Virus record (IMG/VR): IMGVR_UViG_3300022074_000310
Coordinates: 1 to 27,121 of that record
Length of the DNA: 27,121 bases
From: a virus
Taxonomy: Duplodnaviria > Caudoviricetes
Strand: one strand, 5' to 3'
Shown here: piece after piece, positions 1-6,488 of the stretch
Position numbering within the stretch: the stretch's first letter is position 1
Layout of the letters: every line of letters starts with the position of its first letter
Translations under genes and position numbers: made by a program
The notes under the pieces: generated by a model
What the model saw: the letters and a program-made list of their open reading frames with translations, nothing else
The model's database searches: none
What the model was told of the DNA's origin: nothing

Positions 1-231
1 GAACGCGCAACGCCTAAATGGGCTAATCATTTTAAAATCAATGCAGTGTATAGTGATGCTTACAGATTAAATAAACGTGATGGAAAGAATACATGGCACG
101 TTGATCACATATTCCCGTTGCATTTTAATGATCGAAACGGACGCGAAGGGTCTGGGCTGCACGTTCACCATAATTTACAAATTGTCACCCGTGAGTTTAA
201 CCTAAAGAAGTCAAACAGGTTTATCGGATGA
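1..231 (+). CDS. HNH endonuclease, 5'-truncated by window edge
   Basis: Frame 1 is open from base 1: ERATPKWA...WHVDHIFPL...GLHVHHNLQIVTREFNLKKSN, a typical phage HNH signature. Confidence 0.8.
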   Translation, partial: ERATPKWANHFKINAVYSDAYRLNKRDGKNTWHVDHIFPLHFNDRNGREGSGLHVHHNLQIVTREFNLKKSNRFIG

Positions 232-683
232 ATTTGAAGTTGTTTCCCATAACGATCAAGGATGCGAACAATTTCGTTGATCAACACCACAGGCATAACA
301 AACCCGTGAAAATCGGGTATCGGTTTGCGCTCGGTGCTGTGTATGACGATGATCTTGTCGGGGTTGCCATGGTTGGAAGGCCAGTTGCCCGTATGCTGGA
401 TGATGGGTTCACGGCTGAAGTGTTACGGGTTTGTGTGTTGGACGCAGCGCCGAAGAACACTTGTTCGTTTTTGTACGGGAGGTGCTGGCGAGTCTGGCAA
501 CAAATGGGCGGAAAGCGCATGGTGACGTATACATTGCAATCTGAGTCGGGTTCTTCTTTACGCGGAGCAGGTTGGAAAATAATGGGTGAAGTATCAACGC
601 GGTCTAATCCGTGGGGTAGTTCCAGCAGAAAACGGGAACACCAGTCGATATACGAACAATTAAAGTTTAGATGGGAGGCATGA
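228..683 (+). CDS. XF1762-family protein (GNAT/Mom-like, possible DNA modification)
   Basis: Motifs ANxFVxxHHRH, GVAxVGRPVARxLDDG, EVxRxC, CSFLYG, YTLxSESGxSLRGAGW; ATGA overlap with upstream gene. Confidence 0.7.
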   Translation: MNLKLFPITIKDANNFVDQHHRHNKPVKIGYRFALGAVYDDDLVGVAMVGRPVARMLDDGFTAEVLRVCVLDAAPKNTCSFLYGRCWRVWQQMGGKRMVTYTLQSESGSSLRGAGWKIMGEVSTRSNPWGSSSRKREHQSIYEQLKFRWEA

Positions 684-695
684 AAGGAGGCCGTT

Positions 696-1019
696 ATGGC
701 TGAAGCAAATAGAATGTATTGGGCTTTGAAAGAGTTGCGTATGCTCATGGATGAGGAAGTCGCTCTGGATAGGATTAAGGAAAAGGTCGAAAATCTGACC
801 GAAATGGCGCTCGGATGTCAGTGCAGCGAGCGTTATAACTATGTGGTATCGGATCAAAAGCTGATGATATTGCCCAACGGTGATTATTACACGAGGCTCT
901 ACACAGCCGATATGAGTTGCCATTGGGTGGTTGATTTACACCAGCGCCCCGGTACCAGTAAAATTGTTCGTGTTGAAGCAAGGAGGGACGAATGCAAGTA
1001 CCAACAAGAGAACAAATAG
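696..1019 (+). CDS. hypothetical protein
   Basis: 107-aa ORF with AGGAGG RBS upstream. Confidence 0.65.
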   Translation: MAEANRMYWALKELRMLMDEEVALDRIKEKVENLTEMALGCQCSERYNYVVSDQKLMILPNGDYYTRLYTADMSCHWVVDLHQRPGTSKIVRVEARRDECKYQQENK

Positions 1020-1162
1020 CAGAGGCGCTACGAGTGCCTGAAGTTAAACAAGAGTTAGACAGATTAGGCAGGGTTAAGACAAAAAATGTTCGTAGTGATG
1101 TGGCGTCAATAGGTCAGCAAATACATAAAGAGCGGCTAAAAAAGTATATGTTCAAACGGTGA
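992..1162 (+). CDS. small hypothetical protein (56 aa, MQVPTREQIAEALR...)
   Basis: Not in the ORF track; AGGAGG at 981-986 precedes ATG 992; ends at TGA 1160-1162. Confidence 0.6.
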   Translation: MQVPTREQIAEALRVPEVKQELDRLGRVKTKNVRSDVASIGQQIHKERLKKYMFKR

Positions 1163-1164
1163 TG

Positions 1165-1410
1165 TTAACCAGTTTTTGGTTAATATTTACTTACAAGTTA
1201 CAAGGTTACAAATTTGTAAGTAAATCACTTGTAAGTAATAAGTTGCTGTAATCATTGACGTAATCGGTTTACTTACAAGTCGTGTTTTTTTCATAAACCA
1301 AGTTAGGAGTTGCTTGTAAGTGACTGAAAACAATCAAACTTACAAGGTTACACAAGGTTCTATATATATATATATATGGGTAGGTGTAACTAACCTACCC
1401 ATATTATGTA
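1165..1410. repeat. AT-rich region with TTACAAG/CTTGTAAG iterons, hairpins and a (TA)n tract; candidate replication origin
   Basis: Many direct and inverted TTACAA(G) copies; inverted repeats ATTTACTTACAA/TTGTAAGTAAAT (1185-1225) and ATATGGGTAGGT/ACCTACCCATAT (~1374-1404); TA tract 1361-1377. Confidence 0.55.
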
Positions 1411-1428
1411 AGCGTCAGCGAGGGCAGC

Positions 1429-1740
1429 ATGAAACAAGGAATGAGACGATGCGCTTTCTGCAAAGAGTATTTTGGTGCAGAACACATCATGGAGCTAAAC
1501 GACAGGCCGATATGTTTTCCGTGTGCAGTAACTTCGTCTTGGGTTGATCAAAAAAGGAGGCAACGGGAAATGGTAAATAAATATGATGAAGCATTAGCAG
1601 AGCAGCGTAACGCTAAAAAAGCGAACAATTTAATTCAAGAGTCTGGTATCTGTGAAACCAAACGCGGAACGCTGTACTACCCAGATGACGAACATAGCAA
1701 CGTGTACCACCTAATTGGGTACTCAGAAATGGAGTTTTAA
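1429..1740 (+). CDS. hypothetical protein with N-terminal CxxC...CxxC zinc finger
   Basis: CAFC...CFPC; abuts terS. Confidence 0.65.
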   Translation: MKQGMRRCAFCKEYFGAEHIMELNDRPICFPCAVTSSWVDQKRRQREMVNKYDEALAEQRNAKKANNLIQESGICETKRGTLYYPDDEHSNVYHLIGYSEMEF

Positions 1741-2268
1741 ATGCCAAAGGTCGGTGAAGATCTGCCAAAAGAAATGCGTATGGCAGGGCTAAAGAAACTC
1801 AAGCCGCAACAACAGGACTTCCTGAACAACTATCTGCACAAAGATATGACGCAGACAGAAGCTGCACGACAGGCTGGATACAAGAACGCCTCGGTGTCAG
1901 CCGTGAGGCTGTTGCGTAACCCAGTGGTAGCGGAACGCCTACAAGAGATGCGACTAGAGGCACAAGCTAAGTTCGGGGTAAGTGTTGACAAGTCTGTTCG
2001 GGATTTAAAAAGGCTTCGGGATCAGGCTTGGGAGATGGGTAAGTTCAGTGAGGCTATTCGTGCTGAAGAGCTACGTTTGAAGGCATCGGGGCTACTTATC
2101 AACAAGCAGCACGTTGTGAAGGAGGATATTACAGCCGCATCCAAGGAGGATATCGCTAAGAAGTTGGACGAGTTCAAGAGGTTAGCCGAGTCACGCATGG
2201 TGAACGTAACACCAGATGTAGAGATCATTGAACATGAGCCACAAGATATAGATGAAGATAACCAATAA
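1741..2268 (+). CDS. terS: terminase small subunit
   Basis: LKPQQQDFLNNY...TEAARQAGY...AVRLLRNPVV N-terminal HTH typical of TerS (Terminase_2-like), followed by oligomerisation helices. Confidence 0.8.
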   Translation: MPKVGEDLPKEMRMAGLKKLKPQQQDFLNNYLHKDMTQTEAARQAGYKNASVSAVRLLRNPVVAERLQEMRLEAQAKFGVSVDKSVRDLKRLRDQAWEMGKFSEAIRAEELRLKASGLLINKQHVVKEDITAASKEDIAKKLDEFKRLAESRMVNVTPDVEIIEHEPQDIDEDNQ

Positions 2269-2327
2269 CTGGTTAATTGTTCGTAAACTCCCCGCGCGGG
2301 GGGAGGGGACGGCGACACCTGGCGTTT

Positions 2328-2438
2328 TCGGGAATTGTTCGGGTTCGGGATGGCCCGGAGTCGGGCTTTCCGAGCTGCTCGGCCTTCGGGCTTCGGGGTT
2401 TTCGGGGTGTCGGGCTTGACATCGGGCTGCGACTCGGG
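2328..2438 (+). repeat. TCGGG pentamer array (10 copies), includes a canonical G-quadruplex pattern
   Basis: TCGGG at 2328, 2339, 2345, 2361, 2386, 2393, 2402, 2410, 2422, 2434. Confidence 0.85.
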
Positions 2439-2465
2439 CCATCATTAAAGCTCCTCCCTTAGACT

Positions 2466-2500
2466 GACCCGGCAGCCGCCTGAGTTGCCGGGTCTTTTTT
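2466..2500 (+). terminator. Rho-independent terminator
   Basis: GACCCGGCAGC/GTTGCCGGGTC stem followed by T6. Confidence 0.8.
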
Positions 2501-2590
2501 GCAGCGCAACCCGTACAATTGTTCGTATCCCGTAGCGCAGCATGCTGCAGCACAGCTCGTGAAAAAAAGTATCAAATAGTTCTTTTTCTT

Positions 2591-2642
2591 GTTGACACCA
2601 TCTGCAATAGTTGCTTATATATAAGTGTGCTTAACGAAGGAG
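2591..2642 (+). promoter_or_regulatory. sigma70-type promoter + operator GCAATAGTTGC + RBS (cassette 1)
   Basis: TTGACA 2592, TATATA box ~18 bp downstream, AAGGAG; near-identical to 3196-3247. Confidence 0.75.
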
Positions 2643-2648
2643 AACGAA

Positions 2649-2813
2649 ATGAACCCTCTATTTTTTTCTGGCGAATTGCCAATGGATCACAGACCTTGCT
2701 TCGATCACGAGGCAAGAAGCCTAGCTGATTACTGGGTTGAGATTGGTGAGGTTTTAAACTGGGATCATGCGTATGAAAGTGCGTGGAACTACATTGAAGG
2801 GCAGGCAGTATAA
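2649..2813 (+). CDS. small acidic hypothetical protein (54 aa)
   Basis: ATG 2649 follows AAGGAG directly behind the promoter. Confidence 0.7.
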   Translation: MNPLFFSGELPMDHRPCFDHEARSLADYWVEIGEVLNWDHAYESAWNYIEGQAV

Positions 2814-3040
2814 TGAAATGGGTATCGAACAGGAGAGAGAACATGCGTAGATTAGGAAGTGCTTTGAGGAGAAGGAGAATGAGCAAGTTAGGAAGTGCGT
2901 TAATCGGGGTTGGGTTTGTCGGGGTCTGCATGATGACAGCCGTAGAACCAATCGACACAGTGGCCTTCTACATTCATTCGGGAATCATTACGATCTTTGC
3001 CCTGACCATGGGACTCGGGGTCGCACTGGCTCGCAGCTAG
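2813..3040 (+). CDS. small two-TM membrane protein with alternative starts (2813/2843/2879)
   Basis: Two hydrophobic segments; TAATG coupling; AGGAG precedes ATG 2843 and ATG 2879. Confidence 0.65.
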   Translation: MKWVSNRRENMRRLGSALRRRRMSKLGSALIGVGFVGVCMMTAVEPIDTVAFYIHSGIITIFALTMGLGVALARS

Positions 3041-3065
3041 TAACCAGAACAATTTGTTCCAACTG

Positions 3066-3092
3066 CCCCGGCTGAGTCCGGGGATTTTTTTT
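3066..3092 (+). terminator. Rho-independent terminator
   Basis: CCCCGG-CTGAGT-CCGGGG then A+T8. Confidence 0.8.
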
Positions 3093-3195
3093 GCCCGTAG
3101 CGCCTGGGAGTCTTCCCGTACAATTGTTCGTGTTTCTGCTGCGCCTGGAGTTCCGAGAGGGTTCAAAGTTTTTTTTATTTTTTCCCATTTTTATG

Positions 3196-3247
3196 GTTGA
3201 CTGTTGTGCAATGATTGCTTATATATAATACATGCTTAACGAAGGAG
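3196..3247 (+). promoter_or_regulatory. sigma70-type promoter + operator GCAATGATTGC + RBS (cassette 2)
   Basis: TTGACT 3197, TATATATAAT, TGCTTAACGAAGGAG identical to cassette 1. Confidence 0.8.
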
Positions 3248-3254
3248 GGCTATC

Positions 3255-3611
3255 ATGGCTGAAAAAGCAGATAGAATCAAAAGAGACTTAGCGGGCGACC
3301 TGCTCAATGTGAACCATGTAACGCGGCGGTTGTTCCGTTGCTGGTTGGACGGCTCTTATCTAGGCTACGAACACTACCAAGACAACGTAGCGTTTCTGAA
3401 GACCAATCACGACAACGAACGCAAGATGCGGATGTTTGTTATTCAAGAGTTCTGCAAGTATACGGCGACGGATGCAAATTGTTCTTACCGTTATGCACAG
3501 CAGATCATCACAGAGACGATCCCAAAGCGTAAGCTGGAGCAACTCAATAAGGCGCTGGTAGCTGATGCGCTTGACCTTATTGAAGACTTCTTGCGTGAGG
3601 AAGCGGCGTAA
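3255..3611 (+). CDS. hypothetical protein
   Basis: 118 aa, strong RBS, first gene of cassette 2. Confidence 0.75.
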   Translation: MAEKADRIKRDLAGDLLNVNHVTRRLFRCWLDGSYLGYEHYQDNVAFLKTNHDNERKMRMFVIQEFCKYTATDANCSYRYAQQIITETIPKRKLEQLNKALVADALDLIEDFLREEAA

Positions 3612-4012
3612 TGTTGTACCTTGCATATGGGTCAAACCTGAACAAAAGCCAAATGGCTTCAAGATGCCCCCGAGCCAAACCGCTCGGGGCTATCTACCTA
3701 CCGAGTTGGCGGCTTGTCTTTCGGGGCGTAGCCGATATCGAACCTGCGCCTCGTGACGAAATGGTGCCAGCGGGTATCTGGGAGATCACGCCCGAATGTG
3801 AAAAGGCGCTAGATCATTACGAAGGCTGGCCTCGGCTGTACAGGAAAGAAAAGATCTGCGGGATGATGACGTACCTGATGAACTCAAACGGGTACGCTAA
3901 ACCATCGGACTTCTACCTCGGGGTTATCCAACAGGGGTATCGGGACTTCGGGCTTGATGCAACTGAACTGTACTATGCCCGTGACTGGGAGGAGGAAGAG
4001 GAGTGGGCATAG
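3611..4012 (+). CDS. gamma-glutamylcyclotransferase (GGCT/AIG2-like)
   Basis: YLAYGSNL...QMxxRCP, WRLVFRGVADIE, LDHYEG.P.LY, PSxxYLxxIxxGY. Confidence 0.9.
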   Translation: MLYLAYGSNLNKSQMASRCPRAKPLGAIYLPSWRLVFRGVADIEPAPRDEMVPAGIWEITPECEKALDHYEGWPRLYRKEKICGMMTYLMNSNGYAKPSDFYLGVIQQGYRDFGLDATELYYARDWEEEEEWA

Positions 4013-4014
4013 AC

Positions 4015-4162
4015 TCGGGCTGAATTGTTCGGGTGAATCGGGCTGCAGCCGGGTGCTGCGGCCCATTTTTTTTGCCCGGGGTTCGGGCAGCACTCGGGTG
4101 ATTCGGGAATTGTTCGGGGTTTTCGGGTTCCGGGCTGCACCGGGTCGGGGTTCGGGTTCGGG
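4015..4162 (+). repeat. second TCGGG array, partly ~10-bp phased, ending in a canonical G4 pattern
   Basis: TCGGG at 4015, 4029, 4038, 4083, 4094, 4103, 4114, 4123, 4145, 4152, 4158; GGG-TC-GGGG-TTC-GGG-TTC-GGG at 4142-4162. Confidence 0.85.
4040..4073 (+). terminator. Rho-independent terminator
   Basis: GGGCTGCAGC/GCTGCGGCCC stem then A+T8. Confidence 0.8.
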
Positions 4163-4189
4163 TTTTTGCAGCAGCGCCGGGCCACAACC

Positions 4190-4203
4190 CGAACAATTGT
4201 TCG
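4190..4203. promoter_or_regulatory. perfect 14-bp palindrome CGAACAATTGTTCG (recurring site)
   Basis: Same palindrome at 16947; variants at 2512, 3117, 4308, 19737. Confidence 0.6.
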
Positions 4204-4330
4204 TAAAACCCTCGGCAGGCCCCGGGATTTTGCCGGATTTCTGCCAAAAAAAACGCGATGCTGCACAATAATCGCTGCCGGTAAATCGTCTATTAAATGA
4301 AATAAACCGCACAATTGTGCGTTTTATGTA

Positions 4331-4358
4331 TTGCAATGGTTGCCCATAGGTATATACT
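4331..4358 (+). promoter_or_regulatory. promoter with operator GCAATGGTTGC (cassette 3)
   Basis: TTGCAA 4331 ... TATACT 4353; operator 4333-4343 overlaps -35. Confidence 0.65.
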
Positions 4359-4394
4359 TTATGACAACGACAACAAAACAATAGGAACAAAACA

Positions 4395-5558
4395 ATGACA
4401 ACGCCTTACATTTTAGACGATACATTTTTGACAGTGGGTTATGAGCTTGAAATTGCCGGTGGTGGTTCATATGCAACATGGCGGCGCATATTAAATGATG
4501 CCGGTTTTGATTGGGTGAAAGTTGTGCCAGATGGTACACCAGTTGTTGATTGCGAGATAATAACACCACCAATGCCAATGGGTTTATATGGCGGTGCCGA
4601 TTATGACCTTGGCGAATTATTCACATTTATTGAGCGCAATGGCGGCACCGTATCACGGCGTGACCTTGGTGGTCATATCCACATTGGCAACCGCGCCATC
4701 AAAGATATGACAACGGCCGACTATTGGCGGCAATCAAAACAACTTATGCGTGATCGTGGCGAGTTTTTCATGCCCGCCGATATCAATTGTTGTGACGTTA
4801 TGCCATTGGTTTTAGCAAAAGATGTTGCGGTGCGTTATGCGGAACATCAAAACGCGGTCAATTCAATCTTGCCACAATCACGTCGCCACAACCGCTATTG
4901 CAATAGCATCGCCCATATCGCGCCAGATGGTAGGCAACATGATCAGTTTATGTCCGCACAATCTGCAAGTGATATGGCGTCGCTATTGGGTGGCAAGTTT
5001 GTGGCGGTAAACATGCAAACATGGGCGCGTGGCACAATTGAATTTCGCCAGCATCAAGCCACACTGTCAGTTGATAAGCTTAAAGCTTGGTCATTATTAA
5101 TAGATGCCATGTTTCGCCATTCTGACCGCTATCGTGTTGACTATAACGCTAACACGCCAACGACAGTTGAAACGCCAGCATTACCATATCGCAACGGTTC
5201 GCGCATTGCGGTTATGTGGTCACTAATGAGACGCGACAACGGCGCGACTACACGCGATCTAATGAATGCAACCGGATGGACAGCGCAAACAATTAGAGCG
5301 CGTGTATCTGAAATGCGCCGTGATCATGGCGAACAAACTGTAGTGTGCAACAATCAACAGGCATATGGTCATAGCTATGGTGATAGCAATGGCGAACACG
5401 ATTTGAATGGTTACATAATACCGCAATCAATAACCATACAACGGCGCGACAATGGCGGTTTGTTACCAGAAAATCAGCGTGGCGTTTCATCTATATGGGC
5501 GGGATTAGATGATCAGTTATTTGAATACTTCAACACACGGCGCGATCAGTTGAACTGA
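4395..5558 (+). CDS. putative amidoligase (COOH-NH2 ligase, glutamine-synthetase-like fold) with C-terminal DUF3489-like winged HTH
   Basis: TVGYELEI, VVPDGT...EIITPP, GGHIHIG, KFVAVN, TIEFRQHQATL; then RNGSRIAVMWSLMRRDNGATTRDLMNATGWTAQTIRARVSEMR. Confidence 0.85.
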   Translation: MTTPYILDDTFLTVGYELEIAGGGSYATWRRILNDAGFDWVKVVPDGTPVVDCEIITPPMPMGLYGGADYDLGELFTFIERNGGTVSRRDLGGHIHIGNRAIKDMTTADYWRQSKQLMRDRGEFFMPADINCCDVMPLVLAKDVAVRYAEHQNAVNSILPQSRRHNRYCNSIAHIAPDGRQHDQFMSAQSASDMASLLGGKFVAVNMQTWARGTIEFRQHQATLSVDKLKAWSLLIDAMFRHSDRYRVDYNANTPTTVETPALPYRNGSRIAVMWSLMRRDNGATTRDLMNATGWTAQTIRARVSEMRRDHGEQTVVCNNQQAYGHSYGDSNGEHDLNGYIIPQSITIQRRDNGGLLPENQRGVSSIWAGLDDQLFEYFNTRRDQLN

Positions 5559-5579
5559 TCGCACCAACCCAACCCGATC

Positions 5580-5603
5580 AACCCGCGCTAGTCGCGGGTT
5601 TTT
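5580..5603 (+). terminator. Rho-independent terminator
   Basis: AACCCGCG-CTAGT-CGCGGGTT then T run. Confidence 0.75.
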
Positions 5604-5761
5604 CTTTGCCTAGTTTTCACAGGTACCCTAGGCAGCGTCGTCTAAATTTGTTCGGGATGCGGGCGGGTATGGCACCCCCCCTTTTTTTAGTTGACACCAG
5701 CGGGCGCTTCGCGCCCTATTCCCCACAAACAATCATCAAAAAAATTGCATATATTTTTTTA

Positions 5762-5813
5762 CTTGATTTATCGCAATCATTGCCCTACATATATCTATAT
5801 CTTTAAAAGGAGG
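5762..5813 (+). promoter_or_regulatory. promoter with operator GCAATCATTGC + RBS (cassette 4)
   Basis: CTTGAT 5762, perfect palindrome 5773-5783, TACATATAT, AGGAGG. Confidence 0.65.
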
Positions 5814-5818
5814 CAAAG

Positions 5819-6061
5819 ATGGCTAATTACTTACTACACATCGGCGGGGAGCCTGTTGGTTTCACCGCAAACACACCAGAGGCGTTTATTGAGGCATGGC
5901 GTGATGTTCACAGGTACCCTGACCGTGATGAGGATGCTTGGATGAAAACCGCTGCGGCTCTTGCTTGTGATTGGAGCGGTAAGCCCGTCAGATACGACAC
6001 GCTAAAAAATTTTACACAAGATATGATACGTCATGGAATGCTGGAGGAGGTTCATGCCTAA
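5819..6061 (+). CDS. hypothetical protein (80 aa)
   Basis: AGGAGG RBS; first gene of cassette 4. Confidence 0.75.
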   Translation: MANYLLHIGGEPVGFTANTPEAFIEAWRDVHRYPDRDEDAWMKTAAALACDWSGKPVRYDTLKNFTQDMIRHGMLEEVHA

Positions 6062-6449
6062 AAAATCAAATTCCTACTACAGCATGTGGGAAGGTTACGA
6101 TCTTGAGCGTGAGCGCGTAAGCATGCAAAAGAGCCAAGCGGCTTTTGCCAGCATGCTTGGCCTGAGCCATCGTATGTACTGTTATTACGAGCGCAACGAA
6201 AAGCCGATACCAAAAAGCGTTGAGTATGCGGTTCGATACGTTGCGAGGAGAGATTGCGATGATGAAGTGAAGCCCGAGCCTGTGCAAAAAGTTCAAGGTA
6301 CCCTAACAAATTTTGATCTTACCAGAATAGAGCTTCTTGCGGATGCGGCGGACAAGGCTTCTGAGTTGCAAGAAAACACACATGTGAAAAAAATTTTACA
6401 ACAAAGCTCTAAGGAACTGGACTTGTTGTTGTCAAAATTTGATAAATAA
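6054..6449 (+). CDS. XRE/Cro-like helix-turn-helix regulator
   Basis: LERERVSMQKSQAAFASMLGLSHRMYCYYERNEKPIP; GGAGG before ATG 6054. Confidence 0.8.
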   Translation: MPKKSNSYYSMWEGYDLERERVSMQKSQAAFASMLGLSHRMYCYYERNEKPIPKSVEYAVRYVARRDCDDEVKPEPVQKVQGTLTNFDLTRIELLADAADKASELQENTHVKKILQQSSKELDLLLSKFDK

Positions 6450-6488
6450 CTTATCATTGGCCCTATGTAATTACAAAAGGGTAAATTC

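Noticed and set aside
1320-1547. 75-aa ORF across the TA tract
   Set aside because: Runs through the repeat/hairpin region (IYIYI) and overlaps the better ORF at 1429
2270-2560. ORFs on both strands (2277-2462, 2191-2553)
   Set aside because: Translations simply reflect the TCGGG repeats; no RBS, and they cross or abut a terminator
2328-4203. Possible CRISPR or mini-array
   Set aside because: Repeats are 5-17 bp with irregular spacing; no constant repeat-spacer period and no cas genes
3884-4390. Several overlapping 100-170 aa ORFs on both strands
   Set aside because: Products of the GC-rich repeat array (PEPEP/GSGSG), which lacks stop codons; no start signals
2466-5603. Integron attC cassettes
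   Set aside because: No RYYYAAC...GTTRRRY hairpin architecture and no integrase in the window; the cassettes carry their own promoters
5691-5720. Fifth promoter (TTGACA at 5691)
   Set aside because: No credible -10 box and no GCAAT operator; the spacer is a GC hairpin
6440-6456. TGATAA-N5-TTATCA as a Fur or Fnr box
   Set aside because: Spacing does not fit either consensus; single occurrence
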